This document shows positions 1 through 14,100 of a stretch of DNA of 64,000 bases, one piece after another. The translations under genes and the position numbers were made by a program. Origin of the DNA: Ophelia neglecta (Eukaryota). Under the pieces are notes generated by a model. The model was not told where the DNA came from. It did no database searches and saw only the letters and a program-made list of their open reading frames with translations. Location: assembly GCA_965285935.1 (NCBI GenBank), contig OZ260661.1, positions 136,400,001 to 136,464,000 of the forward strand, written 5' to 3'. Positions within the stretch are counted from its first letter, which is position 1. Every line of letters begins with the position of its first letter.

Positions 1-1554
1 TGTACTGTATATTATACTAGAAATACTTACGGATCTCAATATTTAACTGGACGATGTGCAAATATATGTCCTGACACACAGGATAACCGTCGGCTCCGAT
101 CTAGAGTTTGCTGAACACCTGGAACAAATCTTTATCTTAATATTTTGAGATATGCATCTAGATAATGCGTGTATAATAGAATTTATAATCTTATATATAC
201 AAAATATCACACGATTTAACAAATATGTATGTGTCTAGTCACAAACATATTAATAGCATACGTCTCATTCATGGTTACGCCACTGAACTGTTCTTTTTGT
301 GCCTCAGATACAGTGTAAACATACCAAAAACATTCCAACTGCGACCACACCTTAAACTTGCCTTATCAATGATTGCCTCGATCCTGTTAACCCAGCAGAT
401 ATTTACAAGAGCTACAAAAGCCGAGTTTTAATGCGCTAAAATCCCCTTGCAAGCTGTAAACTATATCCCATAATTAATCCGCACACTTTATTCAAACTCG
501 CTGTTTTACCGCTGCTTATACACGTATGTCTACTTTGGATTGCGATCAAACTGCCATGTAATATAGTGTAAGGACGGAAGCCCAATTTGTATACAGTGTT
601 TGCCTAACATTTGCTAACTATTTGAATAGGAATAATGTTATACAAAAATTGCGCAATATTGTTTGCATGCGATGAACCTTTGACCTTCTCCTTTTCGAAA
701 ATGGTCCTCTATTTGCGTATGGGCTGGGTGACTCCTCTCAGAAGGCGTTAGTGGGCTCAGCCCTCTGGATAAAGCGACTTTCGACCGTGGAGGAGTTTCT
801 AGCAGTAAATTTAGCTTACACACATGTAGTTTTAAGTTTCAACATAAATTTACAGCTAACGCCATGTTAGTTGTTGTTCATGCCAATTTATTTACAATAC
901 ATTCCCATCATTTTGTTCAATGTAATGGTTGAAACGGTGGGTTTAGTTGAGGATCTGGGGATATATTGTGGTATTTCGCCATTCTTCCATATATGTGACT
1001 GCAGTTACCATGTCTCCTTCCAAAGGAAAAGTCCAATGGCTATTTTATTTGGGAATAATCACCAAACTTTCCTTATTGCGCAACCAGTGACGACCTGGTG
1101 AAGAGTATAATGTGCGAACAATTCCCTCTTTAAACGTTGAAACAGCATTTCTGGTGAATTTCGTTTGGCGCAATTTCCCGCTGACGTATATGTTTTCGAA
1201 AGTAATAAATGGCACAGCTTTAATCTTGCCCCCTCTCAATGGGGGGTCTGTGACTTAAAACGGCCAAAGGCATAGGTGTATACATGAAACATAATCTCGT
1301 TATGGTAGTAATAAAAGTAAAGGTACAATGGATAATGCTTCGTGAAATCTTTACAACATTTTTGGAAACTATTCAAATGGCAATTTTCTCCCGGCATTCA
1401 ACTTTCAACAGTTGGAGTAAACAGAGATCTGTTATTCTTCCATAATACATTTCAATATAGCCAAACATTTTCGATTTATTAAACTGATGTGTCTGACGGA
1501 TCCATCTCCTGAAGTGACACTGTACATGCGCCCCAACTAAGAGGAGCAAAGTTA

Positions 1555-1740
1555 CCTCTCTAGGAGGGACACCAATAGGGATTCCCGCTGTGATGGACAC
1601 CAATCAAGATCCCCCTGTGGGAGGAAATACCAATTAAGATCACCCCTTGCTTGGAGGAAAAACCGAAGAGGACCCTCATCTGGGAGGAGACACCAGCCAG
1701 ATTTTCAATCTGAGGGGAAATATCAATGGGCACCCCTCCT
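1555..1740 (+). repeat. Degenerate 30-bp tandem repeat
   Basis: Recurrent GGAGGA...ACCAAT...GATCCCC units; translate as DPPVGGNTN / DPHLGGDTS. Confidence 0.55.
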
Positions 1741-2693
1741 ATTCCCCTTTACAATATCATGTGATATTTTTTAATTTTTACAAAAGACAAGAAGCCCTGT
1801 TGTTCAAATTACTGACTAAATATAACACACGCACAAAAGAGTATGAGGACGCTATAAAAGTTTCCATCAGGCTTAGGGAGAGCCAATATCCAATCAATTA
1901 CTCTCTTATAGACTGGTCGTTTTCGGTTATAATTGTTATTATTTTTAATACTAAAAAGTAAAAGGCCGCATTGGTTTTGTATGATCCATTCCGGCCAATC
2001 TAGAGTTAGTGGCCTTGTGCATCCGCTTCATGCTGGTATTACATCATATGCAAATGCACCTATTCACTCACAATAAAAGCGTGATTGGTTAACATTTTAT
2101 TGCACCTTCGATGAGCTATAACGCACGTTAGTCTTGAGTGTGCAATGACCTGTAACGTCCTTCTTTTGTCTTGTGTTTTTTATCTCTAGTTTCACAATTA
2201 AGGGTGAGCTTAGTCCATCGTAGCTTCTCCAATATTCAGCTATGTCCCACAATGACCAATTACTCGTTTGTATTGTGGACTGACTCGTAGAATTGGACTG
2301 TGTTGATTACTTCTCATTCAATATAAATTTGATTATTATTACATTAATATGGTTTCAAGCTTTACGGTTAGAGATCTGGACACAGATGTTATATTTGTTG
2401 GCCCGCAGGGGACGGTTCCTGGTGATTTAGACCCGACTATATGGACTAGTCTTGATGGACGATTTTCTTTAGTCTGTTGGTGACCCGCTCCGGTTTTTTG
2501 GGCGGTGGTAGAAACCAACCAGGATATGCACTCTTGAAAAATACACCAATCAAGATCACCGTGAGGAAGAAGACACCAGTTTTATGCCCTCGATATTTTT
2601 TATAGCAAAAATAGCATGCAACTTTAGAATTTAAATTTAATTTTATATATCGGAATAGATTATTTTGCATCAACTTCTTAACTATAACACTAG

Positions 2694-2860
2694 CATCCAG
2701 GATCCCGCCTGCCCTAAAACAGGTGCATCTAGGATCCGGCCCTGCCCTATATCACGCACACCCAAGATCCGCTGCCACCCTGAAACCTGTTCATCCGGGA
2801 TCCGCGCCTGTCCTATAATACGTACATTCAGGATTCGCGCATTCCATATACTAAGCACAT
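2694..2860 (+). repeat. Degenerate 33-bp tandem repeat, about 5 copies
   Basis: CATCCAGGATCC / CATCTAGGATCC / CACCCAAGATCC / CATCCGGGATCC / CATTCAGGATTC at 32-33 nt spacing. Confidence 0.75.
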
Positions 2861-5800
2861 TGTAGTGACTGGCGTGTAGACGCCACCACCCTCGTCAAAG
2901 TATATCTAACCCCTGACCTCTTACAAATACGACCTCGATTATCGCATGTGCATATGGCTATACCGGTACCAAGTTTTTCACATTAATGCCTAGATATTAT
3001 AATGATTCAGACTGATCGATAACTAAAGCCACCTACATGTTAGCGAGCCTGTTGCAAGATACAGCTATGTATCTTCATGCGCTGCTATTCAACCATATAT
3101 GCTATTCGACCACTTATCTAGGCTGGCGGTCCAGGTAATATGCGTCTCCTGACAATCCTAAGTCCTTATTCGACCGAACTAAGCCTGATTTAGCTTTAGC
3201 CAGGTATATCAATGTCATTATTGACCCAAATAACTTTTGGCAGTGTCTATCCAATCAGAGCCTTGCAAAGCATGCCACTGGGGATTCCCCTCTTTCCAGC
3301 ACAGATGTCCAATATTCCGATCCCGCAAGCAGAACAAGTAAGAAAAAGTTTCCAGCAGAACACATTCTTCTTAAGCAAGGGAATGCGGAATGTGTACTTT
3401 ATACTACTTGCCAGCAGATTAAAGCTGCCCGTGCTAGGGCGCCACCTCTACTTATACTCACTGCTGCGGCTAAAATGTTCTGTTTTATATTACTGTATAC
3501 TAAAATGTGCATATATATTAAGTTGAAAGCATATGCTGCGTGGGCCTAAACGCTAAACTATGACTTCATTTCTATGAAATCGTCAAAGAAGTGCAGCCAC
3601 CAACACCATACTGATTCGTTCCTGCATCTAAATGCGTTACAACGGAGTGAAGGAGCGCCGACGGATTCCAGGAAGCGAGTTTGAATGATTTGGATTTTTG
3701 GGCTTTAGCGAGACATAATCAGCATTCGGACATTTAATGTCTATTACATCATTTTAATTCGAAGGATGGGGAACAGGTGGGCGACTTGCGATTTTATGTC
3801 ATATCACACAGCATAACAGTTAGTGCTGGTCTAGAGTGTGGTAAAGGTCTAGACCAAATCGTTATCTATATCTTGACAGCGACTTATTGCTTTACTACAT
3901 ACCTGATACACTCATTTGATGTAAGAAAATAGGCAGCCCTACTTTATTGTAGCTACAATTACCACTTTCAACTGCTTCCTTCGTAGCACCACCTTCCCCC
4001 CCCCCCCATCTGCACTATTCCGCGAGCCCCTCTTCTTGACACAACCTTTTCTTCCTGTCGGCAACTCTTCAAGCTACAGGACCTAAAACACATTTTTACT
4101 TTTCCTACCCCCAACTCCCGCCACATTGCCCTCCCCTCCTCCCTTAGCTGACCTAATTGTTCCTTCCTTTCTTACAAGGTGTTGTTATTCCTAAACCATA
4201 CCCTTCGCTTGATAACTGATTCCCAAGGTTCCGTCAAACATAGCTGGTATTTACCAGAGCTCCTTTTTTTTGGGTATAATTCGCATATATTCTTATAATA
4301 ATATCTAAATACACGTCCTTTAAACTAGTTATTACCCTTGGTTATACATCTATGTCTAGTTTTGTTTGGGGAGCATATTGTCTGCATGCAGGAAAAACAG
4401 TGACTCCCAGTGTGATGAAGTTATTTGATGGGTCATAAATCTCAAACCCCAAAATGGCAATATAATTGTATGCTCATGAGTAGGCAATATACAAAGTACC
4501 TATCTACCGTTGATACGTATGTTTAATTAATTTCATACAAGACATGAGTGAGAGAGTGTAGCCTTGACAAATTAAAGATACTGTTTGATTATTGCATGGG
4601 CAAAGCTTAAAACCTGATACGTAGTTGCAGATTCGAGACACCGATAAGCATGATTGTTAACAACGAAATGTTTCATTTATCGGTTGTTGTCAAACCCCTT
4701 ACTCTAAAAATGTCACAACACAACCGTGACTTGTTTATTTCATATTTATATCCTATTTCGCTCGTATCTTGTATCATGTTTTACAATATGCTATTTTAGG
4801 TGATGATATGTTTTGTCACTAGCGAACTGCATAATGAACAATGTTTGTTTTGTTCATGATAACACTAAACATTGTTATATATAAAATAATATACTAGCAT
4901 GTTTCAAATAAGTTCCTTTTCTAATGCTTCGTATTAGTCTAATGAACTCGTGATATCAAGTAGAAAAGCCCTCGTCGCCAAGTCGCCTGAGACCATAAAA
5001 ATAACGCAAGTTAGTACGACAAATCAAACTAAGCAACGAAAACAGCAAACAGCCATTACAAACTCAATAGAAAGTAACTGAATCATATGTGTATAGTTTA
5101 TATTCTCGTCGGAGTCACGTGGGTGGCGTGGAGCTGTGACATTGTTGATGTCACAAGTGACCTCCCGCGTCCCGGATGTCATGAAACACGATACTAACGC
5201 GGCATGAAAGTGGTATATGGTAAGCCATTCACCTTCCTGCGGTGACGATCTGCTACGAGAACAACGCTAGGGCGGAAAGCATAAAGTTATCAATTCTCTA
5301 ATATCGCGCATGTTATTAATCGGTGTAGCATGTATAAGGCAATGTAACCTTATTCCGCGCACAGCGTGCTAGGAATAAGGTTACTTGTACTGTTGATTAA
5401 ACCAATGCGAGATAGTAGCCGATACACCTCATGGTTATTCTCGATCATATTATTGGTTTATTAAAAGTAAAATTACCATTTCTGAAGAAACCAGTTCCGA
5501 TGTTTCATCTCATCCCCAAACAAACTGTAGAATGCCCAACAGTTCCACAAAATGTTATTTTCAAATACCGATTAATTTGTCATGAAATTTTGTCATTTTA
5601 AATGGTGTTTAAAGGATTCAGACAGCTCCATTTTAAAAATCCTCAAAGACTTTTAACAAATTCATAATTAAATGATCTATTAGATGACCTTATTTTGACT
5701 TAATAAACTTTGACCTGATTTTAAGATCACCGCGCCTTGCAACAAGTTTAATGTTTGATATGTTCTGTAAGGTCAGGGGTAAAGGTTTCATTCGCTCAAC

Positions 5801-6723
5801 AGTGCGCACTTCTAATCTGAACATGTATTATTTTCCAAGGCATAGCTTTAATATTGCCAAAACGACAAATCAGTTTCAATTCAAACCTTTATTTATTGCT
5901 CAAGCAAAGGAAATAGTACACAAACAAATATTGAAATAATAAGCAGAAAATAAGTATAATATTGAACAATGAGGACTGGACCCCATACAGGATACACATA
6001 CTATTCAAACTTCCGGCAACTATATAAATGTGCAGGTGTATGGTGCAAGAAGAGTATAACTGAAAGCATATTCTTAACATAACGATATGGAAACATATTA
6101 TTGCGAAACTATGCAGCTATACTATACTTTACTGATGGAAATTCTAAATTGCGGCCATAGCAAATGAGTAAAGGTAAGTGTTTAGGTTTTGTTTAAACAT
6201 ATAGTACGAACAAATAGGCCTAGTAGCGACAGCAATAGAAACGAAATTCCACATAAAACACCCCTGAACTTTACGTTATTTTGAATGAATTATGTTTTGC
6301 CTTATGGCACAAGCATAACATTTCACTGCCTAGTGAAATAGTTGTGCATGTCAATATTCAATCAATACATGTCACGAAATAGTCGGTCCGCAGAACCAAC
6401 TCGGACCTATATATAACTATATCGGACCTAAGTATAAATTGAATCGATTTAAATGAGGGTTTACTACAGAGCGCTGCTCTCTCGAAGTCGAGGGAAACAG
6501 GTAGCCTATCAGGACGAGTTGGGCTTTTATAAATGCTTCGTACCTAAGTTAAAATCAGAACCTGCACAAAACAAATCAAACGCAATGGGTCTATACAAAT
6601 TATTACTATTGAATAACGTCACAAGTAGTATACGGTCACGCATTTTGTGCTCCCTTTGGAAAATGGCGCATACAATCTATAATTCCGCAGGCCTTTCGAC
6701 GGTAAAGTGTCCGTACAGTTAAT

Positions 6724-9700
6724 TCAATGGGTCAATTCCGGCGATCCTTTTCTCGTCGAAACCTTCCCCCGGTGGTACCTTGGTGGTTTGGACGTGTCAT
6801 GACCGAGAGGAAGAATACCCAGACCTTCATAATAAACCTTTACAACCAGGCCAGTCTTGTTTATTGTGTGCCTTCGAGAAAGAACTCTTTTCAATACTGA
6901 AAAGAACTACACAGTATGAGAATATGAGGAAGCACAAATGTTATAATAATCAATTGTGCATGCATAAAGTGCTTTGGATACGGTTGGAAAGTTTATATGA
7001 ATTTAAGCTCTGTCTTCCTTTTCTGTTTTTAGAATTACTTTAGATGTCATGAAGTATTTCACTTCGTATTTGATATAAGTACTAATACCAATACCAAGAT
7101 GTATTTTTGTTATCTACAATCTAATAGTCACCCTAATCTATAGTCAAAAAATAAATCGACCGGCCGCTCCTTTTCCGCCTATTGGCAAATTTGCCATCGA
7201 TTATTCTCGGGCCAAAGTCGGCAGACAATCTTTGACATGTTGGGCAAACGAACTGTGAAAGCACTTTTTTCTGACTTTTCCATATTAAATGCTGTATGAA
7301 AAAGGACCTGCCTGGTAGATGTGTTTCTGTTGACATCACAAAAACTCATCCTATGAAGTTGTTATATTGGTAATATAGGAGAAAATAGGCTGGCTACTCG
7401 AAAACGGCGCTGAACCGGTTTTATATATATAGAAAGTAGGTTCAACGTTAATGCCATTGTGCGTCCCTGGCCTAATTCTTATCAATTATACATCTACGTC
7501 CCTGGCCTACAACAAGGAACAAGTGCACAGTGTAGGTACTGATGACCGTACAGGTCCTGGACTGGCTTATGAGCTTTTTAAGGAATGTACATACATCTGT
7601 TTGGTCGGTTACAGCACTAAATTCAGTTTCTACTCTCTGCGAAACCTTCAATAAGGATGTCCCACTATAAAAGTACTGTTCAAGGACAATCGTGGCATAC
7701 TAGAAGTGGCGCGATGATCGTACAGTTTGTCTATTTTACTTGATGCTATGCTGGTGATAATGCGAGAAGTTGCAATTATCTTTTGTTCCGCAATGTTAAA
7801 TCTCTGATTTAAATGCTGCTCATGACATAACAGAGGTATGGAATTACCTTAAAAGTCTCCTGCCACCAAGATGATGACCGTACCTCCCTATACGGCCATC
7901 CCTACCTACACGGTGAAGTCGTTAATATTAAAAAGCCTACATCTGAAAAACGGAAACAACGATGAAAGTTTCAACGGCGCCTTTATTTATATTATTAGAC
8001 ATAAAGTCAGGCTATAGGCCTGGCACGATTCAGTCACCACGCTGTTCTGATGCAATATGCCATATAAACAGGACTATGCATATCATCACCTTGACAAGGT
8101 CAATGAACATCGTTCCCGTCGAAACTTTCATGTAGCGTAGCAGCCTAAATATACCTGTCAACATTAGTGCATTCAAAGAATATTATTTCCGCTTTGACTT
8201 GGCGTCTTCCAACAGGGTTTTGACAAATTTGGAGGGGGGTACTAAAAGTGTCAGAAACAGGATTCCCAAAGTGTTTTTATTCGCGGTACGAGTAAAGACT
8301 TCTAAAGAAAATTCTAAACGCAACTATCTTTATTCCTTTATTCCGTGGGAATTCCCGACTATAAAATATATTTTACCACATGTTTGACAAAGGTTGATAC
8401 AACTATCGCCCATTTAGTGATACATCGCCTCTGGAATTAAATTCCGTTAAACCACAGTTTGTGTACATGCATAATTTGCGTGTCGATGTGTAATCGAAAC
8501 CTGCATGGAATCGGCGATCTATTCCCGGGAAACTGGCAAATTGAATACACCTGTAGCATTTATGATAAACGGGCTTATGTTAAGCTCATACTCGCTGGGT
8601 AAATGTAATTTTTAAATTCAAATCGTATTTTAAAGAGCCCCGCGACCGACGGCTTTCATTATATATAATCAGGTATCTCAGGTTCAGCCAACAGGAGTCA
8701 CTGCTGTCTCAAGTGAATTGGAGACTGCTCCCCCACCCCCACCCCCCCAAGGCAGACCAAGCAGACACAGTATAATAATGTCTGATTTAGTCAGTTTCGG
8801 ATGACGAACTGTTAACACCTATGTGGTAACCAGCACCTGTAAACCTTCCCGTGTGGAGCTTAGAAGCCTGTTTGATGTCAATTCTTCGCATGAAGTAAGT
8901 TGCTTTACTCATTATCTTTCTCACTATATTAAGTAACCCCAACTAATTTAGTGGATTTTCATTGCATGCTTGATGGTGATTTTCTCGCCAACTTCAGTTG
9001 TTGTCTTTGACTGTGGGCCTAAATACTTCTGTTTAAGATCATCATTTAACTTCAGAGCCATGAACCCTTTAACATGTGTTTAATAGCAAATATGCCATGT
9101 GCCACAAATATTACCTTCTTTTTGGCCTTATGTTTTGCCCAACGAGTGGAAAATTACCTGCCGACTTTGGCCGAGAAAAAATCGATGGTAAATTTGCCAA
9201 ATGACGGAAAAGGAGCGGTCAGTGGATTTATGCGTTTGACCAGAATGACCAAAGGTTAAACAAAAGAAATGTACCTTTTCTGCGAAAAAATGCACTATTG
9301 CACAATCTAATTGCTCCTGGACCTCTACATTGGTAATACGTCCACCACCACTTATTCTTTCATTCTCAAAGTAGAGGGACAGCCAGCCCTCTGATGTCAT
9401 AATAGACATAAAATATTCAGCCTAACTTTTCACCAGAATGAATTCAATAAAAAAAAGGAAATGTACCATTTCGATCAGAAAACTGGATGGTTGCATACTC
9501 TTCATCCTTGTGGAAATCTACTCTGTTGATGGGTCCTCCACCACTTCTTCTTTCGTTCTCAAAGTAGAGGGACAGCAAGTCCTGTTTGACACCACATATT
9601 TTGTGGACCTGAATACTATCTGGGAGTGGCACTTGCTGAACACACAACATACGGCCACTCAGAGGCTTCAAACTGACTAGTTTTCTAACAGCATCATAAT

Positions 9701-11137
9701 CTGATAAAACACATGAAAGTATGGAAAGCTCTTTTGATCGGATTCTTACAGGTTGTTTAGTACTTTTATCTTCAAAGCATTAAAGAACAAATTCCAATTG
9801 TATGATCTTTGTCAAATCAATTCAAAACTGGGTTACGCGGAACAAATATCAATACTTTTAATTGCTTTTAATTGCTGTATCAGTTTTGAAACCACCATCT
9901 CTAAAGATGATATTCATATTTCTTGCTGTGCAGTATCTGAGTAAGTGGATTTAATAATTACCGGGGATACCATCGAATTCCACCAAGGCTACTCCCTCTG
10001 TCAGTCCAAACTGAACCTGTTTGACCTTACTATCGGCGGTGCACTGCAGAAACAAAACCAGGTCTTCAGTTGGGGTATCCTCATCTAGTAAACTGACTAG
10101 GATTTTGTCCTTGTCAACTGGTCCATGTATTGGCGCTACTGGTCTTGCAGGTTGTAATATCTTGATGTTTAAAGTTCCACCATCAAATACAAGGGGTTGC
10201 TTCTGTACCACTCTCCGAGGGGCTTAAATACAAATTGTTACATTAGCCATTCAGTTTAATGCCAGGGATGTCCGTTAGAATGAATGGAGAGAAACAAGAG
10301 GAAAGGTCAATTACAAAATGATTTTTGTCAATTTCGATTGTATAGCAAGTGAAATATGCTATTTAATTGACCAATAATAAGCCGGCTCCTAAAAGACCAC
10401 ACGCACCTTCAATATTTGGGTAGGTTATGATGGCACGCCTATTTGGCACATCATAATGAATAGCTTCAATGGCTTCACCCCCTGACCTCCGACGATTCTC
10501 AAAGAACATGACAAGAAGGTCTTCATTCGTGTCCACTGGAAAACCCTTGACTTCTATTGCACAACTCACTGCTGGGACTTCTATCTCAAGACCTCTTACA
10601 TTCAATGTCACCCCACACAGTTGGAATGGGTTGATTGTTCCTTTCTTTAAACCTCGTTTGCATCTTATCAGAAAAGAATTAACGTCGGATTTATTAGTGA
10701 TGTTCAACTGTAGCGTTGTAAGACACTTGCCATTTTAAAGATAATATCCATTGATTTTTTCATTGATCAAATTATAAAGAAAATGATATTTTAGAATGTT
10801 ATAAAAGTGCTGGCACAACTGGATTTTTTTTTTCTGTTTTCGCGATGTGCTCGGCAAAATTAAATAAACAAGACAAATATCGCGCTCGGACCAGCGCTCG
10901 AATTAACAGAGCTGAGCGAAGCCACTCCGCCTGTAAGCGCGTCTGACGTCAACACGTGACACAACAATATGGCGGACCGGTGATAGGCACGGGCATGAGC
11001 GGATAAATTCTAAATTCAATTCAATTCAAAATGTTTTTTTTATCACCGAAAGTATGGAAAGTAATATTTGACTTTATTACATGTATAAATATTACGATTA
11101 TCATGATATAGTAGCTGGAAAAAAAAATAATAATAAT

Positions 11138-11180
<43 letters not shown>

Positions 11181-14100
11181 TTAATAATAATAATCACAGA
11201 GAATAAATAAAGTTATCTAATCTATTTGCGATGGTGACAATAGGAGGCTAGATGCCAGAGTTTATGGGCCCCCAAGGTGAATATATTGATAAAGTATATG
11301 AAAGGGTGCAGCGCAAAAAAATACGCTCAGTCCAGAAATAAATAACATAACCACAACAAAGATAAACAAGCTAGCTATGTTAATTGCACATCTGGTTGTA
11401 CATTGGAAAAATATCTAAACTTAGAAATGGGAAGAGTAGAGTAACATATTTGTAAATAATAAGATAACATAACACTAGGACACACTTTCGTTCAGCAACA
11501 ACAAATAAAACTGCATTATTACCTGTCAACGGCAGACTCCAAAAAATACAGCCTTAACGCCCGCTTATATAAATGTATAGAAGATTTATTTGATAATTCT
11601 TTACACAGACATTCATAAGCCAATGTCCTCTAGTAAATGTAACAACCCCTTAAAATATTGATTTTTGAAAAGGGGGCGTGCAATTTGTTGGCCTATCTAA
11701 TACTTTGATTGTTTATAGATGTATTTTAATTAAACAATGACAAATTTGTGCATAATAACTGTTAAGCCGAAACTATATTAGTCGGTCAGGGGGAAGTTTG
11801 GGAATAAAAAAGAGTAGTGCATGGAAAGAAGTGTATTACTATCAGGAAATTGTCTAGTTCTTTGAATTATTCCGAACCTCCTGACAAGTTTACCCCTGAC
11901 AAGTTGGATATGATTCGTCCAGATAAGTGGATAGTCTATCATCACTCCAAGAAATTTTGTGGAGTTTACACTTTTGATTTGTTGTTCATTAATAAATATT
12001 TCATGATTAATGTTAAGCAGTTTTGTAGCACCGTTAAACAGCATGTAATGTATAAACATTGAGTGTTAATTTATTTATTTTAAGCAAATCCACAATTTGT
12101 AAGTTGTTAATATTGTTCCCAGTAAAAAAGGATAGAGACGTCTGTAAACAACAGGACAAAGGTTTATCAGAGACATTAATGAGGTCATTGATATATGGCA
12201 AGAAAAGAAGTGGGCCCAAAATAAATCCCTGAGGGACGCCAGTAGATAAATATAATAATAACGAGGCAGTTCCAGAAAATTCAACATATTTGTGTCTTTG
12301 TGTAAGATTGTTGTTAAACCAACAAAGGGCTGGGCCACTGATTCCAATATTTTTGAGTTTGAGAAGCATAATGTTATGGTCAACTGTATCGAATGCCTTA
12401 AAGAAGACAAGGAAAATACATACAGCCGAGTCCCCTTCATCTAAGGTATTGGATATTTTATCAATAAGGAGAATTAACCAAGACTGTTAGGACAATATTC
12501 CGGGAATCCAAATTGATTGTCATATAGTATATTGTGTTCGTTAACAAATGCCAATAATCGTCTGTACCATCTATTACAGGCAGCATTTCCTGTCTTAACC
12601 ATGTCTCAGATAGAGCATTAAAAGTGAATTTCATGTTCAAGGTTTATAGCTGACTATCAAACTATATATAAAGACCAGACCCCTTGTTGTTCGCTCTCAT
12701 TTTGGCTTCAGCAATTATTGCATTTCAAGAAAGTCTGTTATAAAAGTTGGCACTAGGCGACGACAATGCCCAAAAGCCTATGAAGCCTGAGCTGTTGCTT
12801 TTTGCCCATAAAGACCAGGTTGGATCAGGATATTCACAAGCACAGTACGGGGAATTCTCATCTAGAGATTATTAATGCCATGAATTCTCACACGCCATTC
12901 CCGAGATCTACTTTCCTTGGCATTCGTCTGTGCTTAAATTTCTTCAGGTCCTTTCAGGTGTTTGCAAATTATGTAGTAAGTGTTGACAATGTAATCTTCA
13001 AGGTGGCGTTCTCCGTTTGGAGCTTCTCAGTGAAAATATTGGCAGAGTTCACCAACTTCTCGATAGTATCAAGTCTTGCTGTAGAGGACTTGAACACATC
13101 CGACATTTCCCGTTTTGATAAGGCTAGAGATGGGGTCCCAGTATGAATAGACAAGGCCTCATGTGTGCCAACTTTTACTCCACCACATGTGACTTGCACA
13201 TTGGCGCCATCTAAATTGCAGTTAGTTTTTGTAAGGGGTTTAGGCATACTTATACACTTTAGGCCTGCTTACAGATTTATATTGCCTTTCTTTTCAAAAG
13301 TATAAACTGCACCAACAGTTCTCTTCCTCACTCCATCGTAGAAGTAGTAAATCGTCCTGACAATGCTTATTTGTCTAGAATATGACTATGCGATGCATAT
13401 TTGGCTGTAGTGGTACAACCAAGGATAATGTCAGTTTACATGTGTTTCCAAAAGCCGTGCTTTCCTGCCGTAAATCATAAAATTTCATGGAACTGAGGAA
13501 GCTATTTATCAAGTCTAACAAATACCATATTGGACACAATCAGAGCAGACGACAAGCCAGGGTTAACAGGTAGGTAGGCCAATGTACATTTTTTTAATGG
13601 TCACGTGATCCATTGTTATGTGTTTGATTAACCACGGTTGTTAATTCATTTTCCTCTGTGTTGTACGGTTGTGAAATTTTCTCTGGCACCATAATATACC
13701 ATATTTTTTAGCAAGACAAATGGGTTTAGATTATGTTAACTTATAAAAAGCTTCATGTACTGGTACATTGCACGGGTTGCCACCAAGTTAAAAGCAAATT
13801 CCTCAAACAGCTCTTTACGTATAACTGTTCAAACATTACCGACGGACAGACAAACGACTGACTGACAAACTGACTATATAATGCCTCCGGTCCCTTCGGT
13901 TTGATTATAATCGTATGTCTATTTATCACATTTGAGGCACGGGAACTTACTTGTGTACTTTTTTTCTGTACCATAGCAGTTTTCATCAGATCCAATTCAA
14001 ACATTAACCTTAGATTTTGCCTTACTTAGTCAAAACCACGAAGTTAAAAGCCTCCCAAAACCAGTGATGACCTAATACTAAATTAAGGATAGTAAAATAA

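Noticed and set aside
31-118. Minus-strand segment with strong splice sites
   Set aside because: Stops in all three frames; at most a non-coding exon that cannot be assigned.
12969-13247. Possible exon of RRM gene 1
   Set aside because: Collinear with the adjacent LINE endonuclease and RT; resembles a decayed ORF1; no fitting splice phase.
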